A stretch of 64,000 bases of DNA from Octopus sinensis. Taxonomy: Eukaryota. Positions 1 through 11,125 of this stretch are shown here, piece by piece. Numbering within the stretch: the stretch's first letter is position 1; each line of letters begins with the position of its first letter. A program made the position numbers and the translations under genes. The stretch is from the NCBI RefSeq assembly GCF_006345805.1, contig NC_043018.1:6200001-6264000 (forward strand). The letters run 5' to 3'. Under the pieces are notes generated by a model. That model searched no databases. It was not told the DNA's origin and worked only from the letters and a program-made list of their open reading frames with translations.

Positions 1-1790
1 GCCACGATCGGATGGTGTTTGTTATGTGCCCACCGCACTGACTACGGCACTGATGGATTTCTTGTGTGCCACAGGCACTGGTACCACAAGATACAAATTC
101 CATTGATGTTCATCTATTTTGTCTATTTTGATTTGATTTGATTTTCACTTGCCTCAACCGGTCTTCACAAGTGTCACAAGAAGGAAGGTATGCACAGGTG
201 GACTGACTAGTCTTGCCGGGTCTTCGGAAGTGTTTTTTTATGTGCCACCGACACAGGTGCCAGATAAGGCTGGCGAACGGCCATGGTCGGATGGTGTTTG
301 TTACGTGCCCACAGCACGGAGGCCGGTTGATGCGGAACTGGCTACGGCCACGTTCGGATGGTTCTCTTGTGTGCCACCGGCACTGGTACCACAAAGTGTG
401 TGCCACCGGCACTGGTACCACAAAGATACAGATTCCATTGATGTTCATCTATTTTGATTTTTTTGATTTTTTGATTTTCACTTGCCTCAACAGGTCTTCA
501 CAAGTGTCACAAGAAGGAAGGTATGCACAGGTGGACTGACTACGTCCCAGGTAGGGGCCATGGGTTATGGCCTGACTAGTCTTGCCGGGTCTTCGGATGT
601 GTTTTTATGTGCCACCGACACAGGTGCTAGATGAGGCTGGCGAACGGCCACGATCGGATGGTGTTTGTCATGTGCCCACAGCATGGAGGCCAGTCGATGC
701 GGTACTGGCTACGGCCACTTTCGGATGGTTTTCTCTTGTGTGCCACCGGCACTGGTACCACAAAGATACAAATTCCATTGATGTTCATCTATTTTGATTT
801 GTTTTGATTTGATTTTGATTTTGATTTTCACTTGCCTCAACAGGCCTTCACAAGTATCACAAGGAGGAAGGTATGCACAGGTGGACTGACTACGTCCCAG
901 GTAGGGGCCATGGTTTATGGCCTGACTAGTCTTGCCGGGTCTTCGGAAGGTGTTTTTATGTGCCACCGACACAGGTGCTAGATGAGGCTGGCGAACGGCC
1001 ACGACCGGATGGTGTTTGTTATGTGCCCACAGCACGATGGCCAGTGATGCGGTACTGACTACGGCCATGTTCGGATGGATTCTTGTGTGCCACCGGCACT
1101 GTACCACAAGCGGTACTGACTACTTTTTATGTGCCACCGACACAGGTGTTAGATGAAGCTGGCGAACGGCCACGACCGGATGGTGTTTGTTATGTGCCCA
1201 CAGCACGATGGCGAGTGATGCGGTACTGACTACGGCCACGTTCGGATGGATTCTTGTGTGCCACCGGCACTGGTACCACAAGCGGTACTGACTACGGCCA
1301 CGTTCGGATGGATTCTTGTGTGCCACCGGCACTGGTACCACAAGATACAAATTCCATTGATGTTCATCTATTTTTTTGTTTTGATTTGATTTGATTTTCA
1401 CTTGCCTCACAGGTCTTCACAAGTGTCACAAGAAGGAAGGTATGTACAGGTGGACTGACTACGTCCCAGGTAGGGCCCACGGGTTATGACCTGACTAGTC
1501 TTGCCGGGTCTTCGGATGGTGTTTTTATGTGCCACCATGTTCCCACAGCACGGAGGCCAGTCGATACGGTACTGGCTACGGCCACGTTCGGATGGTTTTC
1601 TTGTGTGCCACAGGCACTGGTACCACAAAGTTACGAATTCCATTGATGTTCATCTATTTTGATTGATTTTCACTTGCCTCAGCAGGTCTTCACAAGTGTC
1701 ACAAGAAGGAAGGTATGCACAGGTGGATCGACTACGTCCCAGGTAGGGGCCACGGGATATGGCCTGACTAGTCCTGCCGGGTCCTCTCAT
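1..1790 (-). repeat. Tandem array of ~290-380 bp units in the RTE 3' UTR
   Basis: Marker GATGTTCATCTATTTT recurs at ~105, 440, 780, 1359, 1645. Each unit includes the last ORF codons (GACCCGGCAAGACTAG) and a variable (GATTT)n tract. Confidence 0.9.
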
Positions 1791-4700
1791 GCACAGCACA
1801 CTTCCATAGGACTCGGTCTTCAGTCATTTCCTTGGTGAGACCTAAAGTTCAAAGGTCGTGCTTCACCACCTCGTCCCAGGTTTTCCTGGGTCTACCTCTT
1901 CCACAGGTTCCCTCAACTGCTAGGGTGTAGCACTTTTGCACACAACTATCTTCAGCCATTCTCGTCACATGACCATACCAGCGCAGCCGTCTCTCTTGCA
2001 CACCACAACTGACACTTCTTAGGTTCAACTTTTCTCTCAAAGTACTTACACTCTGACGATTATGAACACTGACATTACACATCCATCGGAGCATACTGGC
2101 TTCATTTCTTGCAAGCTTACGCATATCCTCAGCTGTCACGGCCCATGTTTCACTACCATGTAGCATGGCTGTACGTACACACGCATCATATAGTCTGCCT
2201 TTTACTCTGAGCGAGAGGCCTTTTGTCACCAGCAGGGGTAAGAGCTCTAAACTTTGCCCAGGCTATTCTTACTCTAGCAGTTACACTTTCAGCACACCCA
2301 CCCCCGCTACTGACTTGGTCTCCTAGGTAGCGGAAGCTATCAACTACTTCTAGTTTGTCTCCCTGGAACGTGGTAGAAGTTGGTCTCTGCACATTTCCAG
2401 TGTTTATTTCTTCTGAGCATCTGCCACAGACAAAAACTATTTTCTTAGTTAGCCTTCCTTTGACATTGCTGCACCTCTTATGTGTCCATAGCTTACACTT
2501 GGTGCACCTTATAGAGTTTCTACCTACACCTTTTTTACAGATCGAGCAGGGCCATCTACCTGAAGTCGTTTGTGGTTGGTCCACCTTCCTACTTATTAGG
2601 ACTTTGGTTTTGGCTAGGTTGATTCTAAGGCCCTTCGATTCTAATCCTTGTTTCCACACCTGAAACTTCTCCTCCAGTTCTGATAGTGACTCAGCAATTA
2701 GAGCAAGGTCATCAGCATATAGGAGCTCCCAGGGGCATCCTGTCTTAAATTCTTCCGTTATTGCCTGGAGGACTATGATAAATAGGAGGGGGCTGAGGAC
2801 TGAACCTTGGTGGACCCCAACCTCTACCCGGAATTCTTCACTGTACTCGTTGCCAACCCTCACCTTACTAGCTGCGTCTCTGTACATGGCTCGCACAGCT
2901 CTCACTAACCATTCATCTATCCCTAGTTTCTTCATTGACCACCAGATAAGGGATCGGGGGACCCTGTCAAGGCTTTCTCTAAGTCAACAAAAGCCAGGTA
3001 CAAGGGCTTACCTTTGGCTAGGTATTTCTCCTGCAGCTGTCTTACCAGGAATATAGCATCAGTAGTACTTTTCCCTGGCACGAACCCAAACTGCATATCA
3101 TCTAAGCTAACTCTCTCTCTAATTAACTGGGCTATAACCCTCTCCGTAACCTTCATTACCTGATCCAACAGCTTGATGCCTCTGTAGTTATTTGTATCTA
3201 GGCATCGCCTTACCTTTGTAGCAGTTGACTATTATGCTGCTACACCAGTCATTGGGTATGACTCCTTCGTGTATCACCTGGTTAACTATACGGGTGACTA
3301 TGCTATAGCCGACACTACCAGATATTTTGAGCATCTCTGCAGTAATTCCTGATGGGCCTGGGGCTTTCCCTGTCTTCATGCTTCTAATTGCCTTAGCTAC
3401 CACGGAACTATCAACTCGGATAGCTGGTCCCTCTGTTGGGTCAACATTCGGCAGACTCTCTTTATGCCATTCATTTTCCTCATTCAGCAACCTTTCATAG
3501 TGGCGTCTCCAAGCTTCTCTCTTTGCATCCTCATTCAGCGCAAGTGAACCATCCTCCATGCGAACACATTTCTCTCCTACCACATCTCGATTCTCTCTCA
3601 CACACTGTCTTGCAACACGAAATACCTCAAGTCTTCATCCTCACGGCGCAGGACATTGGCAAATTTCTTTTATCTGCTTCCCCTCTGGCTAGATAGACCT
3701 GTCTCCTAGCTTCCCTTCTGGCAGTCTGATACACTTCCTGCTACCACCGTTCTTCCAGGCCTTCCAAGCCTGTTTCTTTTGTCTAATAGCCCTATCAACA
3801 ATATTGTTCCACCACCATGTTATTTTGGGTCTTAAGGGGACTTTGCACCAGCCACAGATCTGGTCAGCGGCTTTCAGCAGGTTGTCCCTCAGAAACGTCC
3901 AGTTGTCTTCTACCCCATGTGTAGCTATACCCCCTTCCACTTCGTCAAAGGCTTCAAGTAACATATCTCTAAATCTCTGTCCATTCGCAGGGTCTTTAAG
4001 CTTCCAGACCCTTCTTCTCCATGTTGGTCGTCTTCTAGTCGCCCTCTTAGTCCTGATCCTAAAGTCACTAACTACCAGTCTATGTTGTGGGGTGCATTCT
4101 TGCCTGGAAGGTTTTGGCATTTATAAGCAGCCATCTTTCCCTTTTTCTGGCGAGGATGTAGTCGATTTGGCTAGTATGCCGGCCCGATCGGTAGGTGACC
4201 AGGTGGCTTGTTGGTTTCCTGAAGTTAGTGTTGCAGATCATAAGACTATTCGCATCGCAGAACTCCAGCAGCCTGGTTCCCTCCTCGTTGCGGGAACCAT
4301 AACCGTAGCCTCCATGCACGCCATGGAAGCCCCCAGCATGTCGTCCAACATGCCCATTGAAATCACCAGCCACAAAGAGAAGGTCCCTGTCGTTCGTCAA
4401 TGAGGTGGTCTGCAGTAGGGTGTCATAGAAACTGTCTTTCTGTCCATCGGGTAGCCCTGGCTGAGGGGCATAGGCCGATATAATGGTTGCTAATCTATTA
4501 TGAAGCACTATTCTAATCTTAAGTATTCTGTCACTTACTCTGATTACCTCAATTACTCTATCTATCCATTTCTCAGCGATAAGTATACCCACGCCACCAA
4601 CCCCGTCAGTGTTCCCTGCCCAGAAAATCTTGTACCTGTGTTCCTTGCCTGTGAGGAACCTAGCAGATCCCCCTCTCCACCTTATTTCTTGCATACAACA

Positions 4701-4883
4701 TACGTCAACACGTCTCCGTTCAAGCATCTCGACTATCTCGCCAGACCTACCTTTCAGTGTGCCAGCGTTGAGGGTGCCCACCCTGAGGGGGTGGAAGGAA
4801 TTGACCCGAGAGGCCCAGGGACGGGGAGCAGTGCCGTCATGTACCTGAAAAGAAGAAGAAAACTCGCATTTGGCAGAATTCAT
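1768..4883 (-). pseudogene. RTE ORF2 (APE + RT + PHD finger), about 1040 codons when reconstructed; frameshifted as assembled
   Basis: ORF track pieces 4080-4889, 3689-4120, 3188-3601, 2932-3168, 2186-2935 and 1849-2229 join by small deletions. ATG at 4883. TGA at 1849-1851 lies in frame 27 codons before TAG at 1768-1770. Confidence 0.9.
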
Positions 4884-4957
4884 AAGCAAAGCAATGAACT
4901 TAAGTTCAACCTGTTACACTGCACTAACATGTTTTTGCGCCGTATGGTCACCACCAT
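4880..4957 (-). CDS. Candidate short upstream ORF (25 aa, MVVTIRRKNMLVQCNRLNLSSLLCL) whose stop overlaps the ORF2 start (ATGA)
   Basis: ATG 4957-4955; TGA 4882-4880 overlaps ORF2 ATG 4883-4881. Confidence 0.45.
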   Translation of the reverse strand: MVVTIRRKNMLVQCNRLNLSSLLCL

Positions 4958-5341
4958 ATATAGAAGGGGTGGTATTGGTTTAAGGCCTTTAGGTGTTCAT
5001 GGAAGAAAAGCAAAGGAAGGCAAGGTGAGATAAGGACTTCCGGTACTGGTGGTGGGGGCGGGAGGGCGGGCGCACTGCGCACTGGGAGAAGACGAGATTT
5101 AGGCGGCAGTAAGAAAGGCAAGATTTGAGATGGAAAGGTTTGCGGTCGTGTGCATAATTTTCTATGAGTGGAAGTTGGGAAAGATGGGTTAGAGAATTAA
5201 GCGACAGAAAGACCAGATTTGAGACGAGATGTTTTTTTTTTGCGGTCGTGTGAATAAGTTTTTGTGAGCGAAAGTTTATATGCTTCAGCTAGCATTTGAG
5301 ACGAAGGATAACGATAATATATATATATATATATATATGTG

Positions 5342-5466
5342 GAAAAAAAAGTCAAGATAGAAAATGCTAAAATAATTTGATAAAAAACATTTCAGTACCG
5401 GTTTCAGTCATTGGGAAATATTTTTTATAAAATTATTTTAGCATTTTCTATCTTGACTTTTTTTTC
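5342..5466. repeat. Fold-back (52-bp inverted arms) with half-hammerhead motif in the spacer
   Basis: 5342-5393 is the reverse complement of 5415-5466 with few mismatches. Minus-strand spacer reads GAAA-CCGG-TA. Confidence 0.8.
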
Positions 5467-5514
5467 ATATATATCAACTCGTGTGTTCTTTTCATCAATA
5501 TACATACATACAAT

Positions 5515-5577
<63 letters not shown>

Positions 5578-5661
5578 TCTGTTTCTGTTTTTCAGTTTCA
5601 GCTCTTGAGCTTTGGCCATGCTGGGGCACCGCCATATATATATATATATATATATATCTTT

Positions 5662-5770
5662 GAAATAATATGTGACAATTATTCATTAGCCAAGATAAAA
5701 CTCTTTCCACCTCGGCATCTGAAACTCAGAGTTTTATCTTGGCTATTGAATAATTTTCACATATTATTTT
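5662..5770. repeat. Fold-back (~43-bp inverted arms) with half-hammerhead motif
   Basis: 5662-5704 pairs with 5728-5770. Plus strand 5721-5733 reads GAAA-CTCAGAG-TT. Confidence 0.75.
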
Positions 5771-5867
5771 TACAGATAAATTTCCTCTATTTACATAATA
5801 TTGAGGTCTCTTTCTTTCTTTTGTTTCTTACCGTTTTTACCAATATATATATATATATATATATATT

Positions 5868-5995
5868 GCCAGATCAGACTGGGCCTGGTGCTGCCTTCTG
5901 GCTTCCCAGACCCCAGTTGCACCGTCCAACCCATGCCAGCATGGAAAGCAGACGCTAAACGATGATGATGATGATGATGATGATGGTGATGATAT
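5868..5995 (+). mobile_element. RTE 3'-end-derived short repeat, (GAT)n tail
   Basis: CCAACCCATGCCAGCATGGAAAGCAGACGCTAAACGATGATG terminus shared with many copies in the window. Confidence 0.8.
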
Positions 5996-6177
5996 ATATA
6001 TATATAATGGAATAATTATTATGAAGCATTGTGTAGAACATATTGTATAAAAGATCACAAGTAAGACCATTTATGTAATCCACGTATTTGTTTTCTTGTG
6101 ATTTACCTTGCATTTACTTTGTTTTGGCCTTACCCACAATCTTTGATACAAATATATATATATATATATATATTAGA

Positions 6178-6490
6178 AAAAAAGCACCATCTGTACGTGG
6201 CCGATGCCAGCGCTGCCTTGACTGGCTTCCATGTCGGTGGCACGTCAAAACTACCAACCGATCGTGGCCGTTGCCAGCCTCCCCTGGCACCTGTGCCGGT
6301 GGCACGTAAAATGCACCAACTACACTCACAGAGTGGTTGGCATTAAGAAGGGCATCCAGCTGTAGAAACATTGCCAGACCAGACTGGAGCCTGGTGCAGC
6401 CTCCTGGCTTCGCAGACCCCAGTTGAACTGTCCAACCCATGCTAGCATGGAAAACGGACATTAAACGATGATGATGATGATAATGATATA
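6178..6490 (+). mobile_element. RTE 3'-end-derived short repeat, (GAT)n tail
   Basis: GTGGCACGTAAAA motifs, GAGTGGTTGGCATTAAGAAGGGCATCCAGCTGTAGAAAC core, (GAT)n tail. Confidence 0.85.
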
Positions 6491-6559
6491 TATATATATA
6501 TATATCATTTTATTTATTAGGGAATAAAAATTCCAGCATCACAGGGATTCAAATTATTC

Positions 6560-7775
6560 TCAATGAGGAAATATATAAGTTATTTTGTCAACTACACAGT
6601 ATAGTAGGGTCAGTTGGGTGCCATTTATGAGAAAAACAACACCATGTTGCAATTCACTCTGCCAGAAATTTGGAAATGACATGTTGTACTGCTTGGCATT
6701 CACACGGGAAGCTCCTATGTGAAGCACTGGAAGCTCCAATACAAACATGTACCAATGCAAACATATACGAAGAGCGATAAAAATCAGACATCCTGTCAAC
6801 ATCATGGTGTTTGGAGTGATCACTAGTGAAGGCGCTTTTATGCCTCTGTTCATCTTCCCATACAGCCTCCAACTCGATACAGAGGACTACATCATGTGCC
6901 TGGAGGAGGTATCTGGGTTAAGAGGGTGGTTGCTAGAAGGCCCTATGTCTGGCAACAGGACTTTGCACCATGTCACACAAGCAAGAGAACCCAGTCATGG
7001 CTGCCAGCAACTTCTGCACCACATCACCCCTAACATCTGGCTACCTAACTCCCCAGTCTACAACCCCCTTTATTATTATGTGTGGGGTGCTGTTGAGCAA
7101 GAGACCAACAAAACACCTTGAAACACCAAAGATGAAATGAAGGTAAGGATTATGGCAGCACTGACCAAATTAAACAAGGAGACCGTCAAGAAGAGTTGCA
7201 GGAGATTCTGAAGTCATCTGGAGGCCATGGTTGAAGTCAATACTCTTTCACTCTTTTACTCTTTTACTTGTTTCAGTCATTTGACTGTGGCCATGCTGGA
7301 GCACCACCTTTAGTCGAGCAAATCGACCCCAGGACTTATTCTTTGTAAGCCTAGTACTTATTCTATTGGTCTCTTTTGCCAAACCGCTAAGTTACGGGTA
7401 CATAAACACACCAACATTGGTTGTCAAGCGATGTTGGGGGACAAATACAGATACACAAACATATTCACACGTACATACATATATATATACATATATACGA
7501 TGGGCTTCTTTCAGTTTCCGTCTGCCAAATCCACTCACAAGGCTTTGGTTGGCCTGAGGCTACAGTAGAAGACACTTGCCCAAGGTGCCATGCAGTGGGA
7601 CTGAACCTGGAACCATATGGTTGGTAAGCAAGCTACTTACCATACAGCCACTCCTACGCCAATGGTGATTTTATTGAAAAAATTTACTCTTTATTATTTC
7701 AAGATATTTTTATGTAATTTTGGTAAATATATCTGTTAAAATGAGATGTCAGTGTTATTTTCATTTTTGCAATCT
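6560..7775 (+). mobile_element. Tc1/mariner transposase relic (DD37D/maT-like), internally deleted, interrupted by a SINE
   Basis: Translated pieces PVNIMVFGVITSEG, WLPNSPVYNPLYYYVWGAVEQETNK (WPPNSPDxNPLDY motif). C-terminus resumes at 7658 after the SINE. Confidence 0.8.
7242..7657 (-). mobile_element. tRNA-derived SINE, family A (CCTTGGGCAAG core-like box, (AAAGAGT)n tail)
   Basis: Head with A/B-box-like GGTTCCAGGTTCAGTCCC. Flanked by imperfect TSD GTCAAT (7236-7241) / GCCAAT (7658-7663). Confidence 0.9.
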
Positions 7776-7904
7776 GTATATGTGTATGTGTGTGTGTGTG
7801 TGCATGTGTGTGTCTGCGTGCATGTGTGTGAGTGTGTGTATTATTTATATGCAATACACAGCAACTCCAGCTGCTAAATGTGAACTATAAAAAAATAAAT
7901 AAAT

Positions 7905-8152
7905 TCGCCTGTTTAAAGCCTAGCCAGGCTCATGGGCCCAGTTTCCCGGTTTCTATGGCGTATGTGTTCCCCAGCGGAACAGGACACCAATCCATCGCAG
8001 CGTTACTCATTTTTGCCAGCTGAGTGGACTGGAGCAACGTGAAATGAAGTGTTTTGCTCAAGAACACAACGCGCTGCCCGGTCCAGGAATTGAAACTACA
8101 ATCTTACGATTATGATGCTGACACCCTAACCACTAAGCCACACGTCTCCACA
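7905..8152 (-). mobile_element. tRNA-derived SINE (GTGTTCTTGAGCAAAACACTT body)
   Basis: Minus strand GTGGCTTAGTGGTTAGGGTG ... TTCAATTCCTGGACC head; body shared with copies at 30122 and 46416. Confidence 0.75.
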
Positions 8153-8319
8153 ACTGTGAACTATAAAATATCCTTTATCAGCTTATCAAATTCTAATATG
8201 GGAAAAATCCACAACCTTCTATAAACCACTGTAGTTCCTGAAAATTATTTTTCAACCTTGAAATTTAGCTGCTATTTCTAGAAGTCTGACTGGCCTCATA
8301 GACACTTCCTCATTGATTT

Positions 8320-8439
8320 GAGAGATATGATGATGATGATGATATAAAATTGATGATTATTGCTAATGATAATGACGATTACGATGATCACAGTGATAAT
8401 AACGATGATGTTGATATTGTAATAACGATTCATGGTAAA

Positions 8440-8479
<40 letters not shown>

Positions 8480-8502
8480 TTGGTTATGATGATAATGGTG
8501 AA

Positions 8503-8538
<36 letters not shown>

Positions 8539-8870
8539 ATGATGATGATAATGATGGTGACGTTGAAGACGACGACGATGATGATGATGATGATGATGAT
8601 GATTATGATGATGGTGATGGTGAAGGTGATGGTGATGGTAATGGGGGGGTAATGGTGGTGGTAGTGGCAGTGATGATGGTGATGACAATGAGGATGATGA
8701 TGACGACGACGACGATGTTGATAAAGATGTTCATGATGATGATGATGATGATGCTTATGGTGGTGGGGGTGATGATTAATGGTGATATTAATGATGATGA
8801 TGGTGACAATGACAATGACAATGATGATGACGATAATGAGGACAATGATGAAGTTAACGATGATACAAAC
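8320..8870. repeat. (ATG)n / (GAT)n compound microsatellite
   Basis: Degenerate ATG/GTG triplet array. Confidence 0.95.
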
Positions 8871-9384
8871 TAAAACAATAATGTTTACTGGCAAAACTAA
8901 AAACTGTCAAGTGTTTTATTTATTAATAAAAAACATCGTCATCATTACCGAAATCAACAATAGCAATAATAATTAAAATTATGCCAGCAGCACCACCACC
9001 ACCACCATCACCACAACCATTAACCACCACCAACACCACCACCACCAACAACAACGATCAGTTAACGATAGTTTATCCATTGTTGAAAGCAAAACGTAAA
9101 ACAAAACAAATCAAAAAATATATATTATAAACATAAAACAATAACAATTTCAATAAGATTATTTTTCACTGTAATTTTAATTCATTTTGTAACAAAACAA
9201 CAACAATACCCATAGCATTAACAACAACCACATTAACATGAGAAAGCATACATAATCTTAGAAGAAAGATAGAAAAGCATTATCTATTAGATTAGAATGG
9301 TGATAATTATATTGAACACCCACTCTAGCTCTTGGGTATAAATGAATGGCATGAGTATGTATGTAAGAGTGCATGTACTCTAAT

Positions 9385-9810
9385 GATTACATGATGATAA
9401 TAACGAGAGCACAAACCTCCACTGAAACAATACTGACATCCTCTCGACAATTAGCCAGAGATGATTTTTAAAATGAGAATATCTGAAATAAATTCGACCG
9501 CTCTCACAACGGAGAATGCTACAAAATGAACCCAACCGCTCTGAAAAATTAAGTAAAACAAACGGAAAAATATTTCGTTTTTGGATTTGGTTTGCAAGAT
9601 TCTTTATATGAGTTCGTGTGTTGAAGCATATTCTGTTGTATCTGGGGAGAGTCATTTCAATAGTCAAGACTATTGAAAAGGTTGCAAGATGCAACAAAGG
9701 TTTTAGGAAAATAAAAAAGAAATAAGTGGAAATTTAACCGGTGAGTGTGTTAAATAATAAGGCACTAAAAGAGAATGACTCTCCCCAGACACAACAGAAA
9801 ATGGAAAAAT
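9385..9810. mobile_element. Fold-back copy of a PLE-like 3' end (family also at 14122 and 44140)
   Basis: Shares GCAAGATTCTTTAT...TCTGGGGAGAGTCA and the inverted AAGACTATTGAAAAGG...CCCCAGACACAACAG with 44140-44560. Decayed plus-strand frame resembles a GIY-YIG C-terminus (FLK.EYLK.IRPL). Confidence 0.55.
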
Positions 9811-9989
9811 AATCCTTGTCCAGTACTTGATCAATCTGAAAATCTAATCCTTCTATGCCAGTCAAGAGGACGAACATCCCTGAAAGTTTCATTTGAATCC
9901 ATCCAATGGTTCCTGAGAGATCTTGTCCATGGCCAAACAAACAAACATGACTGAAAACAATACCGTTACCTTCGCTAAGCTGGAGTTAA

Positions 9990-10390
9990 TAATAATAATA
10001 ATACTTTCTACTGGAAGCACAAGGCCTCAAATCTGGGGGATTACATCAACCTCAGTGCATAACTGGTACTTATTTAATCGACCGCGAAAAGATGAAAGGC
10101 AAAGTTGACCTCAGCAGAATTTGAACTCAGAACGTAGTGACAGACAAAATACCTATTTCTTTACTACCCACAAGGGGCTAAACACAGAGGGGATAAACAA
10201 GGACAGACACATGGATTAAGTCGATTACATCAACCCCAGTGCATAACTGGTACTTATTTAATTGACTGCGAAAAGATGAAAGGCAAAGTTGACCTCAGCA
10301 GAATTTGAACTCAGAACGTAGTGACAGACAAAATACCGCTAAGCATTTCACCCAGCATGCTAATGATTCTGCCAGCTTGCTGCCTTAGTA
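9990..10390 (-). mobile_element. tRNA-derived SINE family B, dimeric, (ATT)n tail
   Basis: Body TCTGAGTTCAAATTCTGCTGAGGTCAACTTTGCC occurs twice (~10040-10150 and ~10220-10335). Confidence 0.85.
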
Positions 10391-10399
10391 ATAATACCA

Positions 10400-10604
10400 C
10401 CCAATCTGAAAAAACATCTGAAAACCTTAGAAATAACCTACAATCTAGATGTATTGCAAACGTCAGCATTACTTGGAACTGAACGCATATTGTTAAGTAC
10501 TGTGTGTCTGAGGTCCTTGTTGTGACTTGACAAACAGTACAAACCCCCGGTACATACAATATCTTCAATCAATAACCTCATGATATTGTAGACTGTGCGA
10601 TATC

Positions 10605-10610
<6 letters not shown>
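10400..10610 (+). mobile_element. R4/Dong-like LINE 3' end, (AAT)n tail
   Basis: Translates to LEITYNLDVLQTSALLGTERIL, like the ALLGTAHIL terminus at 51060. Confidence 0.55.
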
Positions 10611-10651
<41 letters not shown>

Positions 10652-10904
10652 TGATGATAATAATAATAATAATAAACATAATTCTCGTATGTTTTTTTTT
10701 TAGACATTCACTAGTACAACACTAAATACAAAACCAAATATATGGCACACTAGGCATAACAACAACACGAACTTCCAACCTGTTGTCTCTTGAGGTCTCT
10801 GGGTGAGACTTGGAGCCAACTTGTACAAATATAAAGCAAAAGTCAAACATAGAATAATAATAATAATAATAATAATAATGATAATAATAATAATAATAAT
10901 AATG

Positions 10905-11125
10905 ATAATAATCCTTTCTACAGAAGGCACAAGGCCCTGAAATTTTGAGGGAGGGGACTAGTTGATTACATCGACCCTAGTGCTTCACTGTTACTTAATT
11001 TATCAACAACACAAGGATAAAAGGCAAAGTCAACCTCAGTGGAATTTGAACTCAGAATGTAAAGACAGACAAAATACCACTAAGCATTTTGTCCAACATG
11101 CAAACAATTCTGCCAGCTCACCACC

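Larger units (their letters stand above)
1..5310 (-). mobile_element. Near full-length RTE-clade LINE (non-LTR retrotransposon); 3' end runs off the left edge, 5' boundary uncertain (4960-5310)
   Basis: Collinear minus-strand ORF pieces: APE endonuclease (LRVGTLNAGTL, AGDFNGHVG, SQIDYIL), RT (QFGFVPGKST, FVDLEKA, GVHQGSVLSPLLF, LLYADD, FRYLG) and RTE-type C-terminus (RRLRWYGHVTRM, GRGRPRKTW). Confidence 0.95.

Noticed and set aside
1-1790. Tandem units with short palindromes as a CRISPR array
   Set aside because: Units are 290-580 bp with no unique spacers, no cas genes, eukaryotic context; they are the RTE 3' UTR.
2355-5033. Plus-strand ORFs (2355, 2775, 3804, 4500)
   Set aside because: Antisense shadows of the RTE ORF; no independent motifs.
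4900-5310. HDV-like ribozyme at the RTE 5' end (known in some RTEs)
   Set aside because: No nested double pseudoknot recognised by eye; needs a descriptor search.
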